This document shows, one piece after another, positions 17,394 through 26,093 of a stretch of 64,000 bases of DNA. Made by a program: the position numbers and the translations under genes. Origin of the DNA: Vicinamibacteria bacterium (lineage in GTDB: Bacteria; Acidobacteriota; Vicinamibacteria; Vicinamibacterales; UBA8438). The first letter of the stretch is position 1, and the number at the start of each line of letters is the position of its first letter. The notes under the pieces are model-generated. The model saw nothing but the letters and a program-made list of their open reading frames with translations. It did no database searches and had not been told where the DNA came from. The DNA lies in the NCBI GenBank assembly GCA_022820825.1, contig JAJEEU010000075.1, positions 21,723 to 85,722 on the forward strand, in the 5' to 3' direction.

Positions 17394-17819
17394 CTAGTCC
17401 TTCGTATCGGTTTCGACGCTGATCGTCAATAGATTCCGGCCGTTCTCCAAACGATAGGAGACGTGATCGGCCAGGCTCTTCACGAAGTGCAGGCCCAGCT
17501 TGCCAACCTGCCGATCCTCCAGCGCCGCATCCACGTCCGGCGCCGCGGCGGCGGTCGGATCGAACGGCTGCCCGTCGTCCGCAACCGTCAGGGTAATGCC
17601 CCCTGCGCCGAGTTGCAACCGGATGTCTGCCGTCAGTGTCCCGTCGTTCGAGTTGCCGTGCATCACCAGGTTCGTGACCAGCTCGTCGAGCATCAGGTTG
17701 ACGACGTACACCTTCGGCTCCGGCACCTTGTTCGCTTCGCCAAACGTCTCGATCATGCGAAACAGGTTGCCGATGTCGGACAGCTCCGGCGCCAGAGAGA
17801 AGCGCAACTCGTTGATCAT
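17394..17819 (-). CDS. anti-sigma regulatory factor, serine kinase (RsbW/SpoIIAB-like, HATPase_c)
   Basis: 141 aa. N-box-like DELVTNLVMHG and G-box-like VADDGQPFD...GLHFV are present. Confidence 0.8.
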   Translation of the reverse strand: MINELRFSLAPELSDIGNLFRMIETFGEANKVPEPKVYVVNLMLDELVTNLVMHGNSNDGTLTADIRLQLGAGGITLTVADDGQPFDPTAAAAPDVDAALEDRQVGKLGLHFVKSLADHVSYRLENGRNLLTISVETDTKD

Positions 17820-17918
17820 CAGGGCATTTCCCGCACCGGCAACCGGCGCATTATAGCAGCACCACGCACGGTCAGCAACGCGCCGGCAGCGTCGTACGCC
17901 GCTAGCGGACCGGAGGGC

Positions 17919-20474
17919 CTAACTCCGGCGGCGCAGCACGAGGCAGGTCTTGTCGTCGGTGGGGGCAGTGCCTTCGGAGAAATTCTCTATCGACGACCAG
18001 ATGTGGTTCACCATCTCTTCCGGCGACCGCTTCCCGGCGCCGTCGAGCGCGCGCTCCAGCCCCTGGTGTCCGAAGAGCTTGCCCTTGCGGTTCACCGCAT
18101 CGGTCAGGCCGTCGGTGTACACGAAAAACGTGTCGCCCGGCGCGAGCTGCGCCCGGCGACTGGAGTAGTCGAAGTCCTCCATGATCCCCATGGCCATGTC
18201 GCCGGTGGTCGGCAGAGACTCCCGGTTGCCGTCGGGCTTGATCAGCAGCGCCGGATCGTGTCCGGCGCAGGTGTACTCCACCGTGCCGGTCTCGAGGTCG
18301 AAGATCGCGAGCAGACAGGTGACGAACAGCCCCATCGGGTTCTCGGCGCAGAGCCGGTTGTTGATGTCGGCCGCGATGACGTCGACTCCGATCGGGTCGG
18401 CGGACGCCGCCCTGATGGCGGCGCTCGACGCCGCCATGAACAGCGCGGCGGCCACGCCCTTGCCGGATACGTCGCCGAGGGCCACGAACAGCTTGCCGGC
18501 CTCCGGCACGTGCATCTCGATCAGGTCGCCGCCGACCATCTGCGCCGGCGTCATGCGGGCGTGGCCGGTCAGGTTGCCGACATTGGTATTGCCCTGCTGC
18601 ACCAGCGCGGCCTGCACGACCTTGGCCATCTCGAGGTCCTGCTCCATCGCCTCGTACGCCAGGCGCAGTTGCCGGTTGCTGGCTTCCAGCTCCTGCGTAC
18701 GTGCGGCAACGAGCTTCTCGAGCTCTTCCTCGCGGTTGAAAACCTGCACGGTCATGTCGGAAAACACGCGTGCAAGTCGCCCGATCTCGTCTCCGCGGCG
18801 GAGCACGACCTCCATCTCCCGGGATTCTGGCTGCGTGCCGCCTTCCACCTGCTTCGCCGCCTCGGCTATCGTCTCGATGGGGCTCGTGAGCTTCCGCGAG
18901 CCCCACAGCGCCCCGCCGCCGGTCAGCACGAGCAGCAGGAACGCGATGGCCGTCGTGTTCAGGCCTTCGCGGATGACGGTGCCGGCAATCTCATCGAGAC
19001 CGACCTCGATGGCGAGCGCGCCGATGGCGATGCCGCCGGTGTTGATGATCGGCGCCGCTACGACGATGCCGCGCGTCTCGGGAGAGAAGAGACTCAGGCT
19101 GGCCCGGCTGGTCACGCGCTGATCGGCCATGGCCGTCTGCACCATCACACCCGCGCCGCTCTCGAACTGCTCGACGAGACTCGCCTGGTCGTCGCCGGAC
19201 TGCAGGGCCAGCCGCGGCGCGACCGCCGCCAGCTCCCGATCCTGGTTGACGATCCAGATCGTGTCTATGTTCTGGGAGCGGACCAGCACGTCGGCCTCGC
19301 GCTGGTACACGGAATAGAGCAGGTTGCCGTAGCTGCTCTCGATCAGGATGCCGACCTGCACCATCCGCTGCTTGTCCGGGTCGGTAGCCGCGACGTACTT
19401 GTAGACGAGGCCGTCCGACGGGCGCGGTTCCGACGGATGCTCATGGAACAGGCTGGAGCCGCCGAGCGCCGCGGCGAACTCCTCGAAGTACGGCATGGCG
19501 CCGACCAGATCCGGAGTCTCGGATGCGGGCAGGTTGGAATACAGCACCTCGCCGCTCGCGTCGGCGACGCGGACCTCGCCGATGACCGTCGTGCCGGCGA
19601 TGTGCAGCAGCCGCTCGTTGATTTTGGCGGCCGACCAGCCGCCCTCCTCCGCCGCTGCGACGAAGCGTCGGACCAGCTCGGCCTGGCCCGTCATCTGCTG
19701 GCCGAGAATCCCCTCGATGACGTCCGAAACGTCGCCCCGCTCCGAGGCGGCCAGGTTAGACAGGATCTCCTGGTCGCCGAAATTGAAGAGGTTGCCGACC
19801 TGCACTATGCGCGACTGGTCGACGCCGCCGACGCCCACGTACTTGACGATATCGTTGTCGATCTCGCGCACGACGGCCGGCTGCACGATGAAGCCGTCGT
19901 CGTCCGGCGGGGCCGCCAGCAGCACGAAGAACTTCGAGGCCTGCGGCTGCACGGCCGGATCGGGATCGAACCGGAACGGCACCCGCGCGCCGGCCTCGTC
20001 CTTGACGTTCGTGAGGTAGGAGAAGCCGACCTCGTCCGTGATCCAGAATTCGTCGATTACCGTGTCCCGCGTGATCTCGTCGAGCGTTGCGTTGAGGCGC
20101 GCCGCATCGTATCCGGCCGCCTCGGCCGCGGCCACCATCTCGGCGGCGACGCGCGCCTGGGCCGTCATCTGGGTATCGAGCGTCGCGTCGAGGGTGCGGG
20201 CGACGTTGGCAAGCGAGATCTCGCCCATTTCGGCGTAGCTGTCCGCGAGCAACTCCGCGAGGCGGACGGCGTTCGCCTCCGCCTCGTCGCGCAGCGTGTT
20301 GGCCGAGTTGTAGAGGAGCGTCGCTGACGTCGCCGTGATGGTCACGACGAGCAGGGCCGCCAGAGCGACGAATACGCGGACGGCCAGCGGCGCCTCGTCG
20401 GCCAATCGCCACAACCGGCCGAGCATGGACGCCGGTGGGCCGGTCCGCGTTGAACCGTTGCTGGCTGTCGTCAT
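17919..20474 (-). CDS. membrane sensor with large periplasmic domain, HAMP and PP2C (SpoIIE/RsbU-type) phosphatase
   Basis: Two TM segments flank a ~480-aa periplasmic region. HAMP-like linker, coiled coil, then the PP2C motif GDVSGKGVAAAL...YTDGLTDA. ATG at 20474. The track start at 20504 is a TTG inside the MITE-like element. Confidence 0.85.
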   Translation of the reverse strand: MTTASNGSTRTGPPASMLGRLWRLADEAPLAVRVFVALAALLVVTITATSATLLYNSANTLRDEAEANAVRLAELLADSYAEMGEISLANVARTLDATLDTQMTAQARVAAEMVAAAEAAGYDAARLNATLDEITRDTVIDEFWITDEVGFSYLTNVKDEAGARVPFRFDPDPAVQPQASKFFVLLAAPPDDDGFIVQPAVVREIDNDIVKYVGVGGVDQSRIVQVGNLFNFGDQEILSNLAASERGDVSDVIEGILGQQMTGQAELVRRFVAAAEEGGWSAAKINERLLHIAGTTVIGEVRVADASGEVLYSNLPASETPDLVGAMPYFEEFAAALGGSSLFHEHPSEPRPSDGLVYKYVAATDPDKQRMVQVGILIESSYGNLLYSVYQREADVLVRSQNIDTIWIVNQDRELAAVAPRLALQSGDDQASLVEQFESGAGVMVQTAMADQRVTSRASLSLFSPETRGIVVAAPIINTGGIAIGALAIEVGLDEIAGTVIREGLNTTAIAFLLLVLTGGGALWGSRKLTSPIETIAEAAKQVEGGTQPESREMEVVLRRGDEIGRLARVFSDMTVQVFNREEELEKLVAARTQELEASNRQLRLAYEAMEQDLEMAKVVQAALVQQGNTNVGNLTGHARMTPAQMVGGDLIEMHVPEAGKLFVALGDVSGKGVAAALFMAASSAAIRAASADPIGVDVIAADINNRLCAENPMGLFVTCLLAIFDLETGTVEYTCAGHDPALLIKPDGNRESLPTTGDMAMGIMEDFDYSSRRAQLAPGDTFFVYTDGLTDAVNRKGKLFGHQGLERALDGAGKRSPEEMVNHIWSSIENFSEGTAPTDDKTCLVLRRRS

Positions 20475-20487
20475 TGCGGCGTCGGCT

Positions 20488-20653
20488 CTAGCAGCCTGTG
20501 GCAAAACCCCACTGCATTCGAGCGGCGATGCATCGCGCCTGGACTGCGTTGCTCATCGCTCACATATCTTCGAATATGCTCGCTCTTCGCGCCTTGCCAG
20601 CCACGCGCCTCACCGCTCTCGGTGCGACGCGGGGTTTTGCCACAGGCTGCTAG
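20488..20653. mobile_element. MITE-like element (repeat type 2, copy E) with perfect 23-bp terminal inverted repeats
   Basis: CTAGCAGCCTGTGGCAAAACCCC (20488-20510) and its exact reverse complement GGGGTTTTGCCACAGGCTGCTAG (20631-20653). The interior is homologous to the right half of copy D. No coding capacity. Confidence 0.7.
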
Positions 20654-20756
20654 GCGTCGTGCGATTGCACTCGTGGTATTCAAGACCCTTGTTTTGAACG
20701 CTACACGATGCGGTTCCGCGATGCAACCAGACGATCCGCGGCCTCTTCCGGCACCG

Positions 20757-21269
20757 CTATTCGTAGTACTTCCGGTACATGCCGTGGCGGAACAGCAGGC
20801 CGCCCAGCGGGCCGAGCCAGGCCAGCACGTGGTACATGTGGCGGAGGTCCGTCAGCTCTATCAGGTTGCCGTCCGGATCCTTCGCGAAGAAGAGGGTATG
20901 GCCCCGGGGAGAGCGCTCGGGCGGGCCGAGGCACTCCACGCCCCTGGCGACGAGGTAGTCGTACCACCGCTGCGTGTTCCGCACGTTGAAGCAGATGTGG
21001 GTCAGCCCGACGCGGTTCCACGGTACGTCTATCGGCTCCTGGCGCGGCTCGAACCCGAATATCTCGATGACCGCGCCGCCCGGGACGCGGATCCACCCGA
21101 TCTTGCACGATGGCGCCTCGGCGTCGACGCCGAAGAAGCCGCGCACGCGCTCGGCCGGCGCGTCCGAGACGCCCACGAGGGGGCAGCCGAATACCTCCCA
21201 GTAGAACTTCACGGCGGCGTTGAAGTCGGACACGGTGATGCCGGTGTGGCTGAACGATCGGACCTTCAC
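20757..21269 (-). CDS. VOC (glyoxalase/bleomycin-resistance/dioxygenase) family protein
   Basis: ...FSHTGITVSDFNAAVKFYWEVFG... and ...GLTHICFNV...GHTLFFAKDPDGNLIEL are paired beta-alpha-beta-beta-beta modules typical of VOC proteins. GTG at 21269 has GGAG upstream and overlaps the GMC stop by 4 nt. Confidence 0.8.
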   Translation of the reverse strand: MKVRSFSHTGITVSDFNAAVKFYWEVFGCPLVGVSDAPAERVRGFFGVDAEAPSCKIGWIRVPGGAVIEIFGFEPRQEPIDVPWNRVGLTHICFNVRNTQRWYDYLVARGVECLGPPERSPRGHTLFFAKDPDGNLIELTDLRHMYHVLAWLGPLGGLLFRHGMYRKYYE

Positions 21270-22789
21270 GGGGCTCTCCTCAAATCGGCTTCGAGCATGT
21301 GATCGGCGACGCGCAGCGCCTGCGCCGCAATGGTCAGGCCGGGATTGACGGCGGCCGAAGACGGAAAGAACGACGCGTCCACGACGAAGAGGTTCTCGAC
21401 GTCGTGCGCCCGGCAGTACGGGTCGAGCACGGATGTGCGCGGGTCGCTGCCGAAACAGGCCGTGCCGCACTGGTGCGTGGTGTTGCGGGCCTCGTGCGAA
21501 TGGGTTACCACCACCCAGAAACCGAGCCGCCGGAAAATGCGCTTCATCTCCCGCACGAGCCGCTTGTGGGCCACCATGTTGTTCGGACGATACCGCAGTC
21601 GAATGCGGCCGTCCGCTGCGAGCGTCACGCGGTTCTCGCTGCGCGGCAGGTCCTCGGTCATCGCCAGCCAGTCGACGCCGCGCGCCATCCAGGCGTCGTA
21701 GGCCCAGAGCGGCACCCGCGGCTCCACGCTCTGCGCCATGACGCCGTGCGTGCGGCCCTGCGACTGGAGCTGTCCGAGCGGGTAGGGAGTGTCCGGTCCG
21801 CGCAGATAGAAGTCGTTGATCGCCACAGTCTTCTGGAACACGGTGCGGTTCTTCCGGAACGGATGAAACCCCTGCATCATGGTGGCCAGGTGCGCCATGT
21901 AGCGTGCGCCCACCAGGCCGGAGGAGTTGGCCAGCCCCGCCGGGTGCCGGTCGGTGGCGGAGCGCAACAGCAGCGCCGCCGAGTTGGCGGCGCCGCACGA
22001 CACGGCCACCAGCGGCGCGCGGACGCGCTTGATCTCGCCGTGGCGCTCCACCTCCACCGCGTCGATCCGCCGGCCGGCCGGATCGGTCAGCAGCCGGCGC
22101 GCCAGCGCGCCGGTCCACAGCGTGACGTTGTCGCGCGTGAGGATCGGCTCCACGCAGCACGTTTCGGCCTCGCTCTTCGCATGCTCCCGGCACGGGAAGG
22201 AGTTGCAGGTGTCGCACAGCACGCAGCCGCCGGGTTGCCCGGGATTCAGCAGCCCGAGCGGCAGCGGCGACGGGTGCAGGCCCTGGCCGCGGAGCCGCTC
22301 GACGATCGCCGCGATTTCGTCCGAATGCGGAACCGGCGGATGCGGAAACGGGCCGCGCGGCGGTTCGGTCGGGTCGGCGCCGCGCTCGCCGCGCACCTGA
22401 TACAGCCGTTCCGCGCGTTCGTAGTACGGTTCCAGCGCGTCGTAGCCGATCGGCCAGGCCGGCGATACGCCGTCGGCATGCTCCGTTTCCTCGAAGTCCT
22501 CGCGGCGCAGGCGGTACAGCACGCTGCCCCAGAACTTCGTGTTTCCGCCGACGCAGTAGTGCGTGTACGGGCGGAACTCCCGGCCCGCCTCGTCGAGCCA
22601 GCGCTCGGTCGTGCGGTAGCGCAGTTGCTTCCAGACCGCCTCCGGATCCCAGTTCTCGGCTTCCCGGGGAACGAAGTCGCCGCGTTCGAGGATCAGGATG
22701 CTGGCGCCCGTGGGGGCCAGGGCTTGCGCCAGCGTGCCGCCGCCCGCCCCGGAGCCTACGATGATGACGTCCCACCGCTCGTCTGCCAC
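21266..22789 (-). CDS. GMC-family FAD-dependent oxidoreductase with a Cys cluster
   Basis: N-terminal FAD fingerprint DVIIVGSGAGGG and a GMC C-terminal region (...HQCGTA...VVDAS.FPS...NP). The Cys-rich insert CVLCDTCNSFPCREHAKS resembles the Fe-S-binding segment of flavoprotein dehydrogenase catalytic subunits. Confidence 0.85.
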   Translation of the reverse strand: MADERWDVIIVGSGAGGGTLAQALAPTGASILILERGDFVPREAENWDPEAVWKQLRYRTTERWLDEAGREFRPYTHYCVGGNTKFWGSVLYRLRREDFEETEHADGVSPAWPIGYDALEPYYERAERLYQVRGERGADPTEPPRGPFPHPPVPHSDEIAAIVERLRGQGLHPSPLPLGLLNPGQPGGCVLCDTCNSFPCREHAKSEAETCCVEPILTRDNVTLWTGALARRLLTDPAGRRIDAVEVERHGEIKRVRAPLVAVSCGAANSAALLLRSATDRHPAGLANSSGLVGARYMAHLATMMQGFHPFRKNRTVFQKTVAINDFYLRGPDTPYPLGQLQSQGRTHGVMAQSVEPRVPLWAYDAWMARGVDWLAMTEDLPRSENRVTLAADGRIRLRYRPNNMVAHKRLVREMKRIFRRLGFWVVVTHSHEARNTTHQCGTACFGSDPRTSVLDPYCRAHDVENLFVVDASFFPSSAAVNPGLTIAAQALRVADHMLEADLRRAP

Positions 22790-22795
22790 GAGGCG

Positions 22796-23785
22796 CTAGC
22801 GCTCCCGGGGTTCCACCGCCGCGTAGACCTGATCCATGACGCGGTGGTCGGCCATGGCCGCCTCGAGGCTCATCTGCGGCGGCGGCCCGCCGCGGATGGC
22901 CGCGATGAAGTCGCGGTACATCGCCTGGTAGCCCCGGATGTCACGCATGCCGGGAAACAACAGGCGGGGCATGCCGCGTCCGCGCACCAGCACGAAGCCG
23001 CCGTTCGACTCGAACGTGATGATCCCGTCGCGGCCGATCAGCTTCGACAGCCGCAGGCCGCGCAGCAGCGACGGGGTCTCGCGCGAGTAGTAAAGCGTGC
23101 CGACCGCGTGGTTGTCGTAGCGGAAGGCCACGAGCATGCTCTTCCCGCGCGTGTCGGGGGCGCGGCGCGGCAGCTCCGGGCGGTAGCCGTGGGCCGTCGT
23201 GATGGCGGGCCCGAGGCTGTTGGCGAGGTGCAGCCAGTGGATCCCCTCCTCGAAGAACGCGTCGCCACCCGCCAGCGCCTCGTCGTTGCGCCAGTCCGCG
23301 GCCGCCTTGAGCCGTTTCGCCAGCGTCGTGAACTGCGCGAAGAGCATCTCTCCGATGGCCCCCTCCCGGAGCAGGCGCCGCAGGCAGACGGCCAGCGGCT
23401 TGTAGTGGTCGTTCTCGCCCACGAGCACCACGCGCCCCGACTCGTCGCGGGCCGCGCGCACCTGCTCGTAGTCTGCGAGCGTCAGGCAGGCCGGCTTCTC
23501 GATGAGCACGTGCTTGCCGGCGGCGAGCGCGCGTTGCGCGAGCTCCAGGTGCAGGCGGGGCGGAACGGCGATGACCACCGCGTCGACATCCCGGTCGCCG
23601 AGGGCGCCGTCGTAGCTGCCGTAGCTTTGCTGTCCGGCATGCCGCCGGCGGAACGCCTCCGCCTTCGCCGCGTCGCGGCTGGCGTAGCTCCGGTGCACGC
23701 CGGATCCGAGCCGGCGCAGGTGGCGGCTGTGCACGCCGGTAATGAAACCGCAGCCGAGGAAGGCGATGTGGACCGGCTCTGGCAC
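22796..23785 (-). CDS. Gfo/Idh/MocA-family NAD(P)-dependent oxidoreductase
   Basis: N-terminal Rossmann motif HIAFLGCGFITGVH and EKP motif (VLIEKP). GTG at 23785 was chosen because the longer track ORF would run into repeat copy C. Confidence 0.8.
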   Translation of the reverse strand: MPEPVHIAFLGCGFITGVHSRHLRRLGSGVHRSYASRDAAKAEAFRRRHAGQQSYGSYDGALGDRDVDAVVIAVPPRLHLELAQRALAAGKHVLIEKPACLTLADYEQVRAARDESGRVVLVGENDHYKPLAVCLRRLLREGAIGEMLFAQFTTLAKRLKAAADWRNDEALAGGDAFFEEGIHWLHLANSLGPAITTAHGYRPELPRRAPDTRGKSMLVAFRYDNHAVGTLYYSRETPSLLRGLRLSKLIGRDGIITFESNGGFVLVRGRGMPRLLFPGMRDIRGYQAMYRDFIAAIRGGPPPQMSLEAAMADHRVMDQVYAAVEPRER

Positions 23786-23799
23786 GGGGCAATTGTTAC

Positions 23800-23918
23800 A
23801 TGGGGCTGCGCCCCAAACCCCCGCCGGCCACTCGCGGGGACCCCTTCGCCCCACTCCGTGGCCGGCGGGCCGCGCTGTGCGCGGCCTGGGGACGGCTACT
23901 GCCATGCTCGCCGTCCCC
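23800..23918 (+). repeat. intergenic structured repeat, type 1, copy C
   Basis: 89/91 identical to copy A over the core. Ends with the hairpin GGGGACGG-N15-CCGTCCCC. Lies in the divergent region between the Gfo-family gene and paralog 1. Confidence 0.85.
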
Positions 23919-24000
23919 TTCCGTACTTCGCCCGCCGGTTACGTTGCTTCCGGCCGTCAAGCGCGCGATACTGTCATGCAGTTCCCAAGCAGGAGGTGAC

Positions 24001-25017
24001 ATGAATATCCGCTATCTCGCCGGAGTGCTCGCAGTGCTGGTGCTTGCGGGGATGGTTCCGTCCACGGCCGCCGGACAGTCGGGCGCGCGCGATGCGGGCT
24101 GGACGGCGCCGCGCACGCCGGATGGCCAGCCCGACCTGCAGGGGATCTGGACCAACAACAGCGCCACCCCGATGCAGCGGCCGGAGATCCTGGGGGACAA
24201 GGCGACGCTCACCGCGGAAGAGCTGGCGCAACTGCAACAGACGATCACCGAGTTCCGGGACGCCGAGCAGGCCGGCGATCTGCTCGGCGACAGGCTCTTC
24301 CAGCAGGCGCTCGGCAACGCCACCTATCAGGACTTCGACGTGATCACCGGCAACTACAATGCGTTCTGGCTGGTCGAGCGCGAGCTCGACAACCGGACGT
24401 CGCTGATCGTCGATCCGCCGAACGGCCGCTTCCCGCCGCTGACGCCGGCCGCGCGGGCGCGGGCTGCGGAGCGCCGGGCGTACGCGGCGGCGCATCCCTC
24501 GGACGGCCCGGAGGACCGCACGCTGGGCGACCGCTGCCTGCATTTCGGCGCGCCGCGGATGGGCGCCGGCTACAACAGCTACTTCCAGATCCTGCAGACG
24601 CCCGACCACGTTGCGATTCTGCAGGAGATGGGCCATGAGGCACGCCTCATTCCACTCGACGGACGGCCCCACGTCGACGCCGGCATCCGCCTGTGGAACG
24701 GCAACGCCCGCGCCCGCTGGGAAGGCGAGACGCTGGTGATCGAGACCGCCAACTTCTCGCCGCAGGCCCGCTACCAGCAAGCGAGCCGGAACCTGCGGAT
24801 GGTGGAGCGTTATACACGTATCGCGCCCGATACGATCCGGCACGAAATCACGCTTGACGACCCGACCACCTGGACCCGGCCGTGGACGGTCATGATCCTC
24901 CTCAAGCAGACGCAGGATCCGCTCTTCGAGTACGCCTGCCACGAGGGGAACTACGCGATGCCCGGCATCCTGGCCGGCGCGCGCGCGGAAGAAGCGGAGA
25001 CCGCCGCCTCGGAGTAG
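24001..25017 (+). CDS. secreted conserved hypothetical protein, paralog 1
   Basis: Signal peptide. Motifs WTAPRTPDGQPDLQGIWTNN, RWEGETLVIET and a C-terminal ACHEGNYAM. AGGAGG RBS. No characterised family recognised. Confidence 0.7.
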   Translation: MNIRYLAGVLAVLVLAGMVPSTAAGQSGARDAGWTAPRTPDGQPDLQGIWTNNSATPMQRPEILGDKATLTAEELAQLQQTITEFRDAEQAGDLLGDRLFQQALGNATYQDFDVITGNYNAFWLVERELDNRTSLIVDPPNGRFPPLTPAARARAAERRAYAAAHPSDGPEDRTLGDRCLHFGAPRMGAGYNSYFQILQTPDHVAILQEMGHEARLIPLDGRPHVDAGIRLWNGNARARWEGETLVIETANFSPQARYQQASRNLRMVERYTRIAPDTIRHEITLDDPTTWTRPWTVMILLKQTQDPLFEYACHEGNYAMPGILAGARAEEAETAASE

Positions 25018-25047
25018 CCTTCCGCCGGCGCGGTTGGGCAACGGAAG

Positions 25048-26058
25048 ATGAGGGGCTGTCCGCTCGCGGTCACAACCGCGGTGCTGGTGCTCACGGCGCT
25101 GGCGCCGCCGCCGGCCGCGGGACAGCCGGACGCGCACGATGCCGGCTGGACGGCGCCCCGGACGCCCGATGGCCAGCCGGATCTCCGGGGGTTCTGGGCC
25201 AACAACAGCGCCACCCCGATGCAGCGCCCCGAGATCCTGGGCGACCGGGAGCTGTCGGCGGAGCAGCTTGCCGAGCTGCATCAGCGCGTGGCCGCATTTC
25301 GGGACACGGCGGAGCAGGCCGGCCACCTCCTGGGCGACCGGCTGTTCCAGCGGGCGCTCGGCAATTCGACGTACCAGGATTTCGACGACCAGACCGGCGA
25401 CTACAACACGTTCTGGCTGGTCGAGCGTGAGCTCGAGAACCGCACGTCGCTGATCATCGACCCCCCCGACGGCCGCATCCCGCCGGTGACCCCGGCCGCG
25501 CAGCGGCGCGCCGCGGAGCGTGCGGCCTACGCCGCCGCGCATCCCTCGGACGGTCCGGAATTCCGTCCGATGAACGACCGCTGCCTGAACTTCGCGTCGC
25601 CGCGCGTGCTCGGCGGCTACAACAGCTACTTCCTGATCGTCCAGACGACCGACCACGTGGCGATCCTGCAGGAGCAGGGCCACGTCGCGCGCGTGATCCC
25701 GCTGGACGGACGGCCGCAGATAGACGACGGGATCCGGCTGTGGACCGGCAGCGCACGCGGCCGCTGGGAGGGCGAGACGCTGGTGATCGAGACCGCCAAC
25801 TACTCGCCCCAGTCCCGCTTCCTGCGCTCCAGCGAGCACCTGCGGCTGGTGGAACGGTGGACCCGTGTCGCGCCCGACACCATCCAGCAGGACGTCACGA
25901 TGTACGACCCCACGACGTGGGTTCGACCGTGGACGATCAGGCTCTTTCTCAAGCAGACGCAGGATCCGCTGTTCGAGTTCGCCTGTCACGAGGGCAACTA
26001 CTCGATGGAGAGCATCCTGGCCGGCGCGCGCGCGGAAGAGGCCGCCGCCGGCAGGTAG
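25048..26058 (+). CDS. secreted conserved hypothetical protein, paralog 2
   Basis: Collinear with paralog 1 over its full length, roughly 70% identical by eye, with the same motifs (WTAPRTPDGQPDLRGFWANN ... ACHEGNYSM). Confidence 0.7.
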   Translation: MRGCPLAVTTAVLVLTALAPPPAAGQPDAHDAGWTAPRTPDGQPDLRGFWANNSATPMQRPEILGDRELSAEQLAELHQRVAAFRDTAEQAGHLLGDRLFQRALGNSTYQDFDDQTGDYNTFWLVERELENRTSLIIDPPDGRIPPVTPAAQRRAAERAAYAAAHPSDGPEFRPMNDRCLNFASPRVLGGYNSYFLIVQTTDHVAILQEQGHVARVIPLDGRPQIDDGIRLWTGSARGRWEGETLVIETANYSPQSRFLRSSEHLRLVERWTRVAPDTIQQDVTMYDPTTWVRPWTIRLFLKQTQDPLFEFACHEGNYSMESILAGARAEEAAAGR

Positions 26059-26093
26059 CCCGCCTCCGCTTCGCGACGGGCGTGGCCGACTGG

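Noticed and set aside
17463-20327. The 954-aa + strand ORF antisense to the PP2C sensor phosphatase. Similar giant antisense ORFs occur at 21299..24004 (+), 23974..26421 (-), 25740..28196 (+), 31846..33894 (-), 43355..45625 (+), 54460..56766 (+) and 58058..60925 (-).
   Set aside because: All are Arg/Ala/Gly/Pro-rich with no recognisable domains. Each lies opposite a gene with clear family motifs. Long stop-free antisense frames are expected at this GC content.
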